A stretch of 35,171 bases of DNA, taken from the NCBI GenBank assembly GCA_038043305.1, contig JBBTCG010000085.1:1-35171 (forward strand), read 5' to 3'. The DNA is from Deltaproteobacteria bacterium. Lineage in GTDB: Bacteria > Desulfobacterota > GWC2-55-46. The notes under the pieces are model-generated. The model did no database searches and was not told the DNA's origin. It saw only the letters and a list, made by a program, of their open reading frames with translations. Shown here piece after piece: positions 1 to 11,178 of this stretch. Position numbers and translations under genes: made by a program. Position 1 is the first letter of the stretch. Each line of letters opens with the position of its first letter.

Positions 1-1
1 G

Positions 2-982
2 GACGTGTTTATCGCCTCCGCCGCGCTTCCCCATATAAAAAAGGCGTATCCCAACGCGCAAATCCACTTCATGGCAGGGACATGGACCCATCCGTATCTC
101 AAGTTAAACCCGCTTGTTGATTACATCGTCGCCTTTGACGGCTTTAGGTTCAATCGCGGCAAAGGCATAGTTAAGCGCGTGGTACATGCCGTGTTCAGCT
201 ATGTCCGCGCACTGGGCAGGATGCGCTCGGAGCGGTATGACCTCTTTCTTGCGCTTCGCGCCTATCCGTTCAACTCCATACCCCTTGCCTATCTCGGCGG
301 CGCAAGGTGCATCGCCGGGTTTGCGGTCGGCGGATTCGGTTTTCTGCTTGATAAGACCGCGCCGTACAGGGAAGGGGCGCATGAGGTTGGGCACGTTGCG
401 GACGTTCTATGCGCCATTGGCCTGAACGTATCTGAAAATGAGATGAGGCCGGGTTTTACGGTTTCACGCGAAGCACGCCTTGCCTTTGAAAAGGAGCTTC
501 TCAGCGTCAACGTCAAGGCTAATGAAAGATATGCGCTCATACATACGGGCAGCGGCTCTAAATATAAACTGTGGAACAAGGAGCAATGGCAAAGGTTGGT
601 TGACGCTCTCCATGCCGAGTTCGGCCTGAAGGTTATAGGGAGCGATCCGGTTTACGGCGGTCTAAAGGGTTGCATAAACGCGCCGTCTTTGATAGAGTTA
701 GACGGCTTTGCTGCGGCGGCTCAAGGCGCGTCCTTGTTCGTTGGCCTTGACTCGTTCCCTGCTCATCTGGCCGCGTCATTCGGTACGCCTACGGTTGTCG
801 TCTGGTGCGGCATAAACGATCACAGGCAGTGGAGGCCAATTGGAGACCGCGTTGTAATCGTCCGAAAAGACGTTGACTGCGCCCCATGTTTCAAAAAGAC
901 GGGCTGTCCTGAGATGAAAGCACGGTGCATGGACATAAGCGCGGATGAGTGTTTGAAACAGATACGCGAACTTTTGGCTTGA
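2..982 (+). CDS. Glycosyltransferase family 9 (LPS heptosyltransferase-like), 5'-truncated by window edge
   Basis: Frame is open from the window start (..DVFIASAAL, the end of the GT9 'GD' motif). GT9 motifs HTGSG..K.W, FVGLDSFPAHLAASFGTPTVVVW and C-terminal CAPC..C..CM. Confidence 0.85.
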   Translation, partial: DVFIASAALPHIKKAYPNAQIHFMAGTWTHPYLKLNPLVDYIVAFDGFRFNRGKGIVKRVVHAVFSYVRALGRMRSERYDLFLALRAYPFNSIPLAYLGGARCIAGFAVGGFGFLLDKTAPYREGAHEVGHVADVLCAIGLNVSENEMRPGFTVSREARLAFEKELLSVNVKANERYALIHTGSGSKYKLWNKEQWQRLVDALHAEFGLKVIGSDPVYGGLKGCINAPSLIELDGFAAAAQGASLFVGLDSFPAHLAASFGTPTVVVWCGINDHRQWRPIGDRVVIVRKDVDCAPCFKKTGCPEMKARCMDISADECLKQIRELLA

Positions 983-1011
983 AGCTCATTTTGTCATGGA
1001 GGGATTGAGAG

Positions 1012-2316
1012 ATGAATATTTGCGTAATTGGCACCGGCTACGTCGGGCTTGTAACAGGCACGTGTTTTGCCGACTTCGGAGTGTCGGTTACGTGCGTTGA
1101 CAAGGACGCATCGAAGATACGGATGCTTGAGGCCGGCGAGATACCAATTTACGAGCCCGGGCTGAAAGAGCTTGTGGAAAAGAACGTCAAGGAGGGGCGA
1201 CTGTCCTTTACGACAGACCTGAGCGAGGCCATAAGAAAATCGCTTGTCGTGTTCATCGCCGTGGGCACGCCTCCAAAGGAGGACGGCAGCGCTGATATGG
1301 TCTACGTGGAGGAGGTTGCAAGGACGATTGCCGCGAACCTGAACGGCTATAAGGTCATTGTTACGAAAAGCACGGTGCCGGTCGGCACGGGCAAACTCAT
1401 AGAGAAGATAATAATGGGCGCTCAGCCGGAGGGACATAAGTTCGACGTGGCCTCTAACCCGGAGTTTTTGCGCGAGGGTTCGGCCATTGAGGACTTCATG
1501 CGTCCCAACAGGGTTGTCATAGGCGCGCGCTCGGAGCAGGCCGTGGCGATAATGAAGGACCTGTATTCGCCGCTGTATCTGATAGAGACGCCGTTCGTCA
1601 TCACGGACATCGAGACCGCGGAGCTTATCAAGTACGCCTCCAACGCGTTTCTTGCGACGAAGATTTCATTCATAAACGAGATGGCCAATATCTGCGAGAA
1701 GGTGGGCGCGGACATACACATGGTTGCAAAGGGCATGGGGCTTGATCACAGGATAGGGTCGAAGTTTTTACACCCAGGCCCTGGCTACGGCGGGTCGTGC
1801 TTTCCCAAGGACACCTCCGCCATAACGAAGATAGCAAAGGAGCACGGCTACACATTCAGGATCGTCGAGACGGTCATCGAGGTCAACAGGCTCCAGAGGG
1901 AGCGCATGATGGATAAGATAAAGACGATTGTCGGGGAGCCGAAAGGCTTGTCTCTCGGCGTGCTCGGTCTGACCTTCAAACCCAATACCGACGACATAAG
2001 GGACTCTCCTGCGATTGACATCGTTGACATGCTCGTAAAGGCAGGGGCGTCAATCAGGGCTTATGATCCCGCTGGAATGGAACATGCCAAAAAAGTGCTG
2101 CCAACCGCGGTGAAGTTTTGCCATGACCCCTACGAAGCGGCAAAGGGCGCGGACGCGCTGGTCATCCTTACGGAGTGGAACCAGTTCAGGAAGCTCGACA
2201 TAGCAAGGATAAAACAGCTCCTCAAGTCGCCAAAGCTCATAGACCTTAGAAACGTCTATGACCCGGCCTCCATGAAAAGGATGGGATTTGAATATGTATC
2301 GGTAGGCAGGGAGTGA
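1012..2316 (+). CDS. ugd: UDP-glucose 6-dehydrogenase (UDP-glucose/GDP-mannose dehydrogenase family)
   Basis: Rossmann GTGYVG, IPIYEPGL, SNPEFLREGSA, catalytic GYGGSCFPKD, FKPNTDDIR. SD-like GGAGG upstream. Confidence 0.93.
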   Translation: MNICVIGTGYVGLVTGTCFADFGVSVTCVDKDASKIRMLEAGEIPIYEPGLKELVEKNVKEGRLSFTTDLSEAIRKSLVVFIAVGTPPKEDGSADMVYVEEVARTIAANLNGYKVIVTKSTVPVGTGKLIEKIIMGAQPEGHKFDVASNPEFLREGSAIEDFMRPNRVVIGARSEQAVAIMKDLYSPLYLIETPFVITDIETAELIKYASNAFLATKISFINEMANICEKVGADIHMVAKGMGLDHRIGSKFLHPGPGYGGSCFPKDTSAITKIAKEHGYTFRIVETVIEVNRLQRERMMDKIKTIVGEPKGLSLGVLGLTFKPNTDDIRDSPAIDIVDMLVKAGASIRAYDPAGMEHAKKVLPTAVKFCHDPYEAAKGADALVILTEWNQFRKLDIARIKQLLKSPKLIDLRNVYDPASMKRMGFEYVSVGRE

Positions 2317-2322
2317 AGTATT

Positions 2323-2407
2323 GCGGGCAACAATGGACTCTGTCAGGTAAGGTTGTTCATTCCCTATTAAAGTTCTTTGGGCTTACCTTTCTTTCAAGAA
2401 AGGTAAG
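2323..2407 (+). repeat. Dispersed ~88-bp repeat family, copy 1 (terminal hairpin CTTACCTTTCTT-TC-AAGAAAGGTAAG)
   Basis: Aligns by eye with 25264-25351, 31638-31727 and the reverse complement of 17428-17468. Confidence 0.85.
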
Positions 2408-2416
2408 AGAAATCTA

Positions 2417-2445
2417 TTGACTCATCGCCTCAATAAAGCTAAATT
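2417..2445 (+). promoter_or_regulatory. Sigma70-type promoter TTGACT-17-TAAATT
   Basis: Near-consensus hexamers, 17-bp spacer, 6 nt before GTG at 2452. Confidence 0.6.
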
Positions 2446-2451
2446 TAATCA

Positions 2452-2844
2452 GTGGCTCAAATGAGGTTTTTAGATAATCGTGGTGAAGGCCGTTCGAAGG
2501 CGTTGTTCTGGCTCTGTTTTCTTGCCATCGCGGTCTATGCCGGGTACAAATTCGCCCCGCCGTTCGTTACATATCACCTGTTTAAGACCGAGGTGGAGGA
2601 CGAGGCTAAGCTCGCGCACATGTATAGCGACGAAAAACTCCTCGTCCGCATAATGGATAAGGCTAGGGGCTGGGACATACCGATCGAGAGCAAGGACATA
2701 AAGATAAGCCGCGATAAGGAAGAGATATTCATATCGGTTCATTACGGCATAACGCTCAACTTTCCGGGCGGATATTCAAGGGAGTTTTTCTACGGCATAG
2801 ACACGCGAGCGACGCTGAAGGATGCAACAAGCATAGCGCATTAG
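2452..2844 (+). CDS. Small single-TM protein with prepilin-like N-terminus (DUF4845-like); start could be ATG 2461
   Basis: LDNRG|EG followed by hydrophobic helix ALFWLCFLAIAVYAGYKFAPP and a C-terminal beta-rich part. Confidence 0.6.
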   Translation: MAQMRFLDNRGEGRSKALFWLCFLAIAVYAGYKFAPPFVTYHLFKTEVEDEAKLAHMYSDEKLLVRIMDKARGWDIPIESKDIKISRDKEEIFISVHYGITLNFPGGYSREFFYGIDTRATLKDATSIAH

Positions 2845-2859
2845 ATTAACGATACTACG

Positions 2860-2895
2860 CCCTTTTAATTTAATCCTGAGAGATTAAAAACGGGG
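2860..2895 (+). promoter_or_regulatory. PyrR-binding RNA stem-loop (anti-antiterminator)
   Basis: CCCTTTTAA-TTTAATCCTGAGAGATTAAA-AACGGGG resembles the Bacillus PyrR binding loop (UUUAA bulge plus ARUCCNGNGAGGYU), directly upstream of pyrR. Confidence 0.85.
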
Positions 2896-2928
2896 AACGA
2901 TGATAAACCCAATTCCAAAACTTATCAC

Positions 2929-2963
2929 AGCCTTCGCGCCAATCCGGCGCGGAGGTTTTTTTT
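2929..2963 (+). terminator. Attenuator intrinsic terminator of the pyr leader
   Basis: AGCCTTCGCGCC-AATCC-GGCGCGGAGGTT stem ending in a T8 run. Confidence 0.88.
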
Positions 2964-2971
2964 GCCGTTGA

Positions 2972-4461
<1,490 letters not shown>

Positions 4462-4464
4462 CGA

Positions 4465-5781
4465 ATGGAATACATGATCATAAAAGGCGGCACTCTCGTT
4501 GACCCTGCAACCGGCACGAGAGGCTTATATAACGTCTACGTCTCTGGCGAGGTCATCGCTTCAATCAGGCCGTTTGAGTCTGATAAGATTGACTCATCCC
4601 CCTGGATTACGATAATTGACGCTCAGGGACGTCTCGTGCTGCCCGGGTTCATTGACGTTCACACGCATCTCAGAGAGCCGGGATACGAATATAAGGAGAC
4701 CATCCAGACCGGTGGAGTGGCCGCGGCCGCCGGCGGGTTTACCACGGTCCTTTGCATGGCCAACACCAAACCAATCAATGACTGCGAGGCTGTAACGCGC
4801 CAGATAATCGAGAAGGGTGGGAAGAGCGCGGTCAACGTGCTTCCAATAGGCGCGCTGTCATACGGAATGAAGGGTGAGCGTCTTACCGAGATGCACGAAC
4901 TGAAGTCAGCCGGATGCGTCGCCGTATCTGACGACGGGATGCCGGTCGCAAACGCCGGACTTATGAGGATGGCGCTTGAATACGCCGGAGGTATTGGGCT
5001 TCCGGTAATAACCCATGCCGAGACGCCTGAGCTTGCCTCAAACGGCGTGATGAACGAGGGAGCGGTATCAACGCGCCTTGGACTTGCCGGCATACCCAAC
5101 GCCTCTGAAGACGCGATGGTGGCAAGGGACATTCAGCTTGCGGAGCTGACCGGCGCGCGTCTGCACGTCGCGCACGTATCCACGCTCGGAGCGGTCGCGC
5201 TCATAAGAAGCGCCAAGGGACGCGGCGCAAAGAACATAACGGCCGAGGCAACGCCGCATCACCTGACGCTTGACGACGAGGCGGCTAATGGGTATAACAC
5301 CAACGCCAAGATGAATCCGCCGCTCCGTTCCATGAAGGACGTGGAGGCTTTGAGGGCGGGCATCGCCGACGGAACGATTGACTGCATAGCAACGGATCAC
5401 GCCCCTCATTCGACGATTGAAAAGGACGTGGAGTTTGACAAGGCGGCAAACGGCATCATCGGACTTGAGACCGCCTTTTCGCTCATATACGGCCTCGTTG
5501 AGCAAGGGGCATTAAGTTTGGACAAGGCAATCGCCGCAATGACGATAAATCCGGCGCGCTCATTCGGCCTGTCAAAGGGCACGTTAAGGGTAGGCTCTGT
5601 TGCCGACATCACCATTGTAAACCCCAACCGGACATGGACGGTGAGCCATGCAACGCTCAGGTCGAAATCCAAAAACACGCCCTTTATAGGCATGAAGCTC
5701 AAGGCCGTGGTTGAACGTACCATCGTTGCCGGGAAGATTGTTTACAACAACGCTGAAAAACAGAACGGAGACGCGATTTGA
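4465..5781 (+). CDS. pyrC: Dihydroorotase (long type I form)
   Basis: [33 protein letters not shown]. Position within the pyr operon. Confidence 0.95.
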   Translation: MEYMIIKGGTLVDPATGTRGLYNVYVSGEVIASIRPFESDKIDSSPWITIIDAQGRLVLPGFIDVHTHLREPGYEYKETIQTGGVAAAAGGFTTVLCMANTKPINDCEAVTRQIIEKGGKSAVNVLPIGALSYGMKGERLTEMHELKSAGCVAVSDDGMPVANAGLMRMALEYAGGIGLPVITHAETPELASNGVMNEGAVSTRLGLAGIPNASEDAMVARDIQLAELTGARLHVAHVSTLGAVALIRSAKGRGAKNITAEATPHHLTLDDEAANGYNTNAKMNPPLRSMKDVEALRAGIADGTIDCIATDHAPHSTIEKDVEFDKAANGIIGLETAFSLIYGLVEQGALSLDKAIAAMTINPARSFGLSKGTLRVGSVADITIVNPNRTWTVSHATLRSKSKNTPFIGMKLKAVVERTIVAGKIVYNNAEKQNGDAI

Positions 5782-6920
5782 AAAAGGCATACCTTGCCCT
5801 TGCCGACGGAACGGTTTTTGAAGGCATCTCTTTCGGGGCCGAGGGTGAGACATTCGGCGAGGTCGTGTTCAACACCGCATTGAGCGGCTATCAGGAGGTG
5901 CTCACAGACCCGTCCTATAAAGGCCAGCTTGTTGCAATGACCTGTCCTCAGCAGGGCAACTACGGAGTCAACGAGGAAGACATCGAGTCAGGGCGCCCGT
6001 GGGCAGAGGGCTTCATCGTAAAGGAGTCGTGCCTTTTCCCAAGCAACTATCGCTCAACAGAGGTGCTCATGGCCTATCTCAGACGGCACGGCGTCGTGGG
6101 CATCGCAGGCGTTGATACAAGGGCGCTGACGCGCATCATAAGGGACAAGGGCGCGATGCAGGCAATGATTTCAACGGCCGATAACGCCGATAACGATAAG
6201 GCGCGGCTTGTCGAAAGGGCGCGCGAGGCAACTGGAATAGTCGGCGTTGATCTCGTAAAAGAGGTAACAAGTAAAAAGCCCTATCGCTGGACTCAAGGGT
6301 TATGGACCCGCGAGAGTGGTTATGAGAAGACCGTCCCTGAAAAACTCAGATTCAAGGTCGTTGCTTATGACTTCGGCATGAAGCTGAATATCCTTCGCTG
6401 CCTTGCCTCGTCCGGGTGCGACGTGGCTGTTGTTCCGGCCTCAACTCCGGCTGAGGCCGTGCTTGAGGCAAACCCCGACGGCATCTTTCTTTCCAACGGG
6501 CCTGGGGACCCAGAGGCCGTGCCCTATGCCATAGAGAGCGTCAAAAAACTTATCGGCAAAAGGCCGATATTCGGCATCTGCCTTGGGCATCAGATACTTG
6601 CCCTCGCCCTCGGCGGCAGGACTTATAAACTGAAATTCGGACACAGGGGCGCCAACCACCCCGTGCAGGACTTGACGACAAGAAAGGTAGAGATAACCTC
6701 ACAGAACCACGGCTTTGCCGTTGACATGGATTCGATAAAAGGCATCGCTGAACTCACGCACATAAACCTCAACGACCGCACGGTCGAGGGGATGCGGCTC
6801 AAGGATCTGCCCGTCTTTTCCGTGCAGTATCATCCAGAGGCCTCTCCCGGACCGCATGATTCTCATTACCTGTTCAAGAGGTTTACGGAGGAGATGGGGA
6901 AGAATCGTAGGATGGGTTGA
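5778..6920 (+). CDS. carA: Carbamoyl-phosphate synthase small subunit
   Basis: [49 protein letters not shown] start overlaps the pyrC stop. Confidence 0.97.
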   Translation: MKKAYLALADGTVFEGISFGAEGETFGEVVFNTALSGYQEVLTDPSYKGQLVAMTCPQQGNYGVNEEDIESGRPWAEGFIVKESCLFPSNYRSTEVLMAYLRRHGVVGIAGVDTRALTRIIRDKGAMQAMISTADNADNDKARLVERAREATGIVGVDLVKEVTSKKPYRWTQGLWTRESGYEKTVPEKLRFKVVAYDFGMKLNILRCLASSGCDVAVVPASTPAEAVLEANPDGIFLSNGPGDPEAVPYAIESVKKLIGKRPIFGICLGHQILALALGGRTYKLKFGHRGANHPVQDLTTRKVEITSQNHGFAVDMDSIKGIAELTHINLNDRTVEGMRLKDLPVFSVQYHPEASPGPHDSHYLFKRFTEEMGKNRRMG

Positions 6921-6937
6921 GCGCAGCGAAGCCCATC
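6907..6937 (+). repeat. GTAG-tagged REP-like palindrome overlapping the carA stop
   Basis: GTAG-GATGGGTT-GAGCGCAGCG-AAGCCCATC: a GTAG tag followed by an imperfect hairpin with GATGGG/CCCATC arms. Confidence 0.7.
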
Positions 6938-6973
6938 GGTCAGGTTTTCAGATTAATACAAGGAGTCCATGTT

Positions 6974-7011
6974 TTGCCAAAACGCACTGACATAAAGGAA
7001 TCTTAATCATC
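6974..7011 (+). pseudogene. Frameshifted relic of the carB 5' end (MPKRTDIK..ILII) with SD AGGAG
   Basis: TTGCCAAAACGCACTGACAT (6974-6993) is identical to carB 7792-7811. It continues AAAG-GA-ATC-TTA-ATC-ATC, i.e. K,x,I,L,I,I after a 1-nt loss. As written it reads MPKRTDIKES* (6974-7006). Confidence 0.85.
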
Positions 7012-7013
7012 TT

Positions 7014-7376
7014 ATGCATATAACAACCATAAAAACGTTGCTTGAAAAAGGTTTTCTGTCAAAAGCTGAACTATCGGCGTTAGACCGATTGGCATCTGTT
7101 CTGAAAGCAACGTGGCCGGTTTTGAAGATAAAGATATTCGGCTCAAAGGTAGCCGGGGTTGCCGATGAAGAGTCTGATTTAGATGTTCTTATACTTCTTC
7201 CATGCGCGGTATCTGACGCGGTCAGGAAAGAGATAATACATGCCGTATTTGATATAAATCTTACCCTTGATACGAATTTAAGTCCGCTTATTCTGTCGGA
7301 AGATGAGTGGGATAGTGGACGCATTTCGTTTCTGCCGATCCATTCATTCATTGAAGAGGAGGGCGTCCTGCTATGA
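7014..7376 (+). CDS. Minimal nucleotidyltransferase (MNT, pol-beta superfamily)
   Basis: IFGS-x10-DLDV motif (FGSKVAGVADEESDLDVLIL), C-terminal IEEEGV, 4-bp overlap with the HEPN gene. Confidence 0.9.
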   Translation: MHITTIKTLLEKGFLSKAELSALDRLASVLKATWPVLKIKIFGSKVAGVADEESDLDVLILLPCAVSDAVRKEIIHAVFDINLTLDTNLSPLILSEDEWDSGRISFLPIHSFIEEEGVLL

Positions 7377-7762
7377 ACAAAGAGGAGTCAATAAGCGACA
7401 TAGTCGCTTATTGGATGGTAAAAGCCAAGGAATCTCTTGAAGCCGCCGAGGACGAATTGAAAGCCAATAGAGTTGCTTTTTCCGTTAATCGTATTTATTA
7501 TGCCTGCTTTTACACGGTTAGCGCAGTTTTGCTCCAAAAAGGCGTCAAATTTAAAAAACATTCAGGCGTAAGGGCTGCCTTTCACAAGTATTTTGTAAAG
7601 ACTGGGCTTGTGAGCCATGATAACGGGCGATTCTATGATGAGTTATTTGAAGCCCGTCAGCGCGGAGATTACATAGAGCTTGTTAGTTTCGAAAAAGAGC
7701 AAGCTGATGAATGGCTTCGATACGCGAAGGTTTTTGTTCATGAAGTTAGTTTGTTGAAATAG
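7373..7762 (+). CDS. HEPN domain protein (UPF0332-like), partner of MNT
   Basis: KAKESLEAAE, RIYYACFY, KKHSGVRAAFHKYFVKTG, RQRGDY. Confidence 0.88.
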   Translation: MNKEESISDIVAYWMVKAKESLEAAEDELKANRVAFSVNRIYYACFYTVSAVLLQKGVKFKKHSGVRAAFHKYFVKTGLVSHDNGRFYDELFEARQRGDYIELVSFEKEQADEWLRYAKVFVHEVSLLK

Positions 7763-7791
7763 AATTGAATCAGAATATGGAGTGAACTGCC

Positions 7792-10700
7792 TTGCCAAAA
7801 CGCACTGACATTAAAAAGATACTCATCATAGGCTCAGGGCCTATCGTAATCGGACAGGCCTGCGAGTTCGACTACTCAGGCACTCAGGCCTGCAAGGCGC
7901 TCAAAGACGACGGCTACGAGGTCGTGCTCGTCAACTCCAATCCAGCCACCATCATGACCGACCCGACCCTTGCGGACAGGACGTACATCGAGCCTATAAC
8001 CGTGGAGTCTGTTGAGAAGATTATCGCGCGTGAGAGGCCGCAGGCGCTCCTTCCCACAATGGGCGGACAGACGGCGCTTAACGTGTCCGTAAAACTCGCC
8101 GAGGCCGGTATTCTGGATAAGTACAACGTAGAGATGATCGGCGCGAAGCTCCCTGCCATAAAGAAGGCCGAGGAGCGGGAGCTTTTCAAGCTTGCCATGC
8201 TCAAGATTGGGCTTGAGGTGCCGAGGAGCTACAACGTAAGAAACTTCCAGAGGGCGCTTGAGATAATCGGGCTCATGGACTTCCCGGTCATCATACGGCC
8301 TTCATTCACGCTCGGCGGAACGGGCGGCGGCATTGCCTACAACCGCATAGAGTATGAGGATATGGCAAGGCGGGGGCTTGAGTTCAGCCCGGTAAGCGAG
8401 ATACTCGTCGAGGAGTCGGTAATCGGCTGGAAAGAGTATGAGTTGGAGGTCATGCGCGATACCGCTGACAACGTGGTAATAATATGCTCCATCGAGAACT
8501 TCGACGCAATGGGCGTGCATACCGGGGATTCGATAACCGTGGCCCCTGCCCAGACGCTCACGGACAAGGAGTATCAGGCGCTTCGTGACGCCTCAATCAG
8601 GATTATACGCGAGATTGGCGTTGACACCGGCGGCAGCAACATCCAGTTTGCCGTAAACCCGGAAAACGGCAGGGTAACGGTAATCGAGATGAACCCGCGC
8701 GTGTCGCGCTCATCGGCCCTTGCAAGCAAGGCAACCGGTTTTCCGATTGCCAAGATGGCCGCTAAACTTGCCGTGGGTTATACGCTTGACGAGATCCCGA
8801 ACGACATAACTAAAAAGACCCCGGCCTGTTTCGAGCCTACGATAGATTACGTGGTGGTGAAAATTCCGCGTTTCACGTTCGAGAAGTTCCCCAACGCGGA
8901 CGCAACGCTTACGACGCAGATGAAGTCCGTTGGCGAGGCCATGGCAATGGGCAGGACGTTCAAGGAGGCGCTCCAGAAGGCCATGCGCTCGCTTGAGACC
9001 GGAAGCGCAGGGTTTGAAAGAAAGGTGCGCGTCGAGCGCAAGGAACCGGCCTTCAAACCCACGCCTGAGGAGAAGGCCAGGATTTGCTCCATGCTCAAGA
9101 CCCCGCGCGCGGAGCGGCTCTGGTACGTTGCCGAGGCGCTCAGGGCAGGGATGCACGTGGATGAGATCAATGAGCTTACCGGCATTGACAGGTGGTTCTT
9201 AAATAACATACGCGAGATAGTAGAGGTGGAGGAAGGTATATTCTGGCAAGCGAGGGGCGGGGCTCAGGTTTCTCCTGAGCTTCTTCAAAAGGCCAAGACA
9301 ATGGGATTTTCAAACAAGACGCTTGCCGACGTTACCGGCTCGTCAGAGGCCGCCATATCTGGAGCGCTTCTTAACGCCGGTATAGAGCCGGTGTACAAGA
9401 CAGTTGACACCTGCGCCGCTGAATTCGAGGCGCACACACCGTATCTGTATTCAACGCATGAGCGTCCGTTTTACGTTAACGGCGCGCTGTCCGCGGCCTG
9501 CGAGGCCGCGCCGACGTCGCGCAAGAAGGTGATGATACTCGGAAGCGGGCCTAACCGCATAGGCCAGGGCATTGAGTTCGACTACTGTTGCTCTCATGCA
9601 AGCTTTGCACTCAGGGAGCTTGGGATTGAGAGCATCATGGTCAATTGTAACCCTGAGACGGTATCAACAGACTATGACACCTCAGACAGGCTATACTTCG
9701 AGCCTCTGACCTTTGAGGACGTGATGGCCATCGTTAGAAAGGAAAAGCCGTGGGGAGCCATCGTCCAGCTTGGAGGACAGACGCCTTTGAAGCTCGCAAG
9801 GCAGTTGAAGGACGCGGGCGTCAACATCATCGGCACATCGCCGGATGCGATTGACGAGGCCGAGGACAGATTCAGATTCCGCGCTTTGCTTGACAGGCTC
9901 GGTCTTCACTATCCAGAGGGCTTTGACATCCGCCCGAACAAGAAGGCGTTCGAGAGCGGAGAGTACGCTGGCATAGAAGGGCTTGCGGCAAAGGTGAGAT
10001 ACCCGATAGTCGTCAGGCCGTCTTATGTCCTCGGCGGCAGGGCAATGGCGATAGTTTATAGCGACGCCGAGTTGCACGAGTATTTGCGTAAGCTGACCTT
10101 CTCGCCGTACAGGGACCTTGACATCTATGCGGATCACTTCCTGAGTAACGCCATAGAGGTTGACGTTGACTGCGTATCGGACGGGAAAGAGGCCGTGATA
10201 TGCGGCATCATGGAGCATATAGAGGAGGCGGGGATACACTCAGGCGATTCGGCCTGCGCCATACCGCCGTACTCGTTGGACGAGGCCGTGCTTGACGAGA
10301 TACGGAGACAAACAAAGGTCATGGCAATGGAGCTAAAGGTGTGCGGCCTGATGAACGCGCAGTTCGCGGTCAAGGGAGATAAGGTCTACGTGCTTGAGGT
10401 CAATCCAAGGGCCTCCCGCACCGTGCCGTTCGTAAGCAAGGCCATAGGCGTCCCGCTTGCCAAGATAGCGACAAAGGTGATGACGGGGTTGTCCCTTGCC
10501 GCGCTCGGATTCACGGACGAGATAAAGCCGTCGTATACCTCGGTCAAGGAGGCGGTGTTTCCGTTCATAAAATTTCCGGGCGTTGATGTGCTCCTTGGTC
10601 CTGAGATGAAGTCAACCGGAGAGGTCATGGGAATAGGGGACGACTTCGGCGTGGCCTTTGCCAAGGCGCAGATTGCCGCAGGCAACAAACTCCCGCTCAG

Positions 10701-11106
10701 CGGGCGTGTGTTTATCAGCGTAAGAGACGAGGACAAGGCCGGGATAGTACAGGTTGCAAAAGATATGAAAGACTTCGGGTTCGATATAATAGCCACTGAC
10801 GGCACTGCGCGGTATCTGAAAGGGCGCGGGGTCGCGGTTGAGAGCGTGTATAAGGTTACCGAGGGCAGGCCCGACATCGTTGACAGGATAAAGAGCAGGG
10901 AGGTTGACATGGTCATCAACACCTCCTTCGGCGCAAAGAGCGTTGCGGACTCCTATTCGATAAGAAGGTCGTCTCTGGAGTTCGGGCTTCCGTATTTTAC
11001 AACCGTAGCCGGTGCAAAGGCCGCGGCATTGGGCATAAAGGCGCTGCTGAAAAATGAGCTTGATGTGAAGACGATTCAGGAGTACCATAAACAGCTAAAC
11101 GCATAA
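7792..11106 (+). CDS. carB: Carbamoyl-phosphate synthase large subunit
   Basis: [30 protein letters not shown], two ATP-grasp halves ([22 protein letters not shown]) and C-terminal MGS domain. TTG start with GGAG SD. Confidence 0.98.
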   Translation: MPKRTDIKKILIIGSGPIVIGQACEFDYSGTQACKALKDDGYEVVLVNSNPATIMTDPTLADRTYIEPITVESVEKIIARERPQALLPTMGGQTALNVSVKLAEAGILDKYNVEMIGAKLPAIKKAEERELFKLAMLKIGLEVPRSYNVRNFQRALEIIGLMDFPVIIRPSFTLGGTGGGIAYNRIEYEDMARRGLEFSPVSEILVEESVIGWKEYELEVMRDTADNVVIICSIENFDAMGVHTGDSITVAPAQTLTDKEYQALRDASIRIIREIGVDTGGSNIQFAVNPENGRVTVIEMNPRVSRSSALASKATGFPIAKMAAKLAVGYTLDEIPNDITKKTPACFEPTIDYVVVKIPRFTFEKFPNADATLTTQMKSVGEAMAMGRTFKEALQKAMRSLETGSAGFERKVRVERKEPAFKPTPEEKARICSMLKTPRAERLWYVAEALRAGMHVDEINELTGIDRWFLNNIREIVEVEEGIFWQARGGAQVSPELLQKAKTMGFSNKTLADVTGSSEAAISGALLNAGIEPVYKTVDTCAAEFEAHTPYLYSTHERPFYVNGALSAACEAAPTSRKKVMILGSGPNRIGQGIEFDYCCSHASFALRELGIESIMVNCNPETVSTDYDTSDRLYFEPLTFEDVMAIVRKEKPWGAIVQLGGQTPLKLARQLKDAGVNIIGTSPDAIDEAEDRFRFRALLDRLGLHYPEGFDIRPNKKAFESGEYAGIEGLAAKVRYPIVVRPSYVLGGRAMAIVYSDAELHEYLRKLTFSPYRDLDIYADHFLSNAIEVDVDCVSDGKEAVICGIMEHIEEAGIHSGDSACAIPPYSLDEAVLDEIRRQTKVMAMELKVCGLMNAQFAVKGDKVYVLEVNPRASRTVPFVSKAIGVPLAKIATKVMTGLSLAALGFTDEIKPSYTSVKEAVFPFIKFPGVDVLLGPEMKSTGEVMGIGDDFGVAFAKAQIAAGNKLPLSGRVFISVRDEDKAGIVQVAKDMKDFGFDIIATDGTARYLKGRGVAVESVYKVTEGRPDIVDRIKSREVDMVINTSFGAKSVADSYSIRRSSLEFGLPYFTTVAGAKAAALGIKALLKNELDVKTIQEYHKQLNA

Positions 11107-11128
11107 GCATATCAAGCGCGCCGCGCTG

Positions 11129-11159
11129 GACGGGTCAGGTTGACCCGTCTTTGATTTTT
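11129..11159 (+). terminator. Probable intrinsic terminator after carB
   Basis: GACGGGTCA-GGT-TGACCCGTC perfect 9-bp stem followed by TTTGATTTTT. Confidence 0.65.
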
Positions 11160-11178
11160 GAGACCATAGGGACAGACA

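Noticed and set aside
11107-11178. Possible c-di-AMP (ydaO) riboswitch upstream of kup
   Set aside because: The gap is only 72 nt, holds just a simple terminator-like hairpin, and shows no ydaO motifs.
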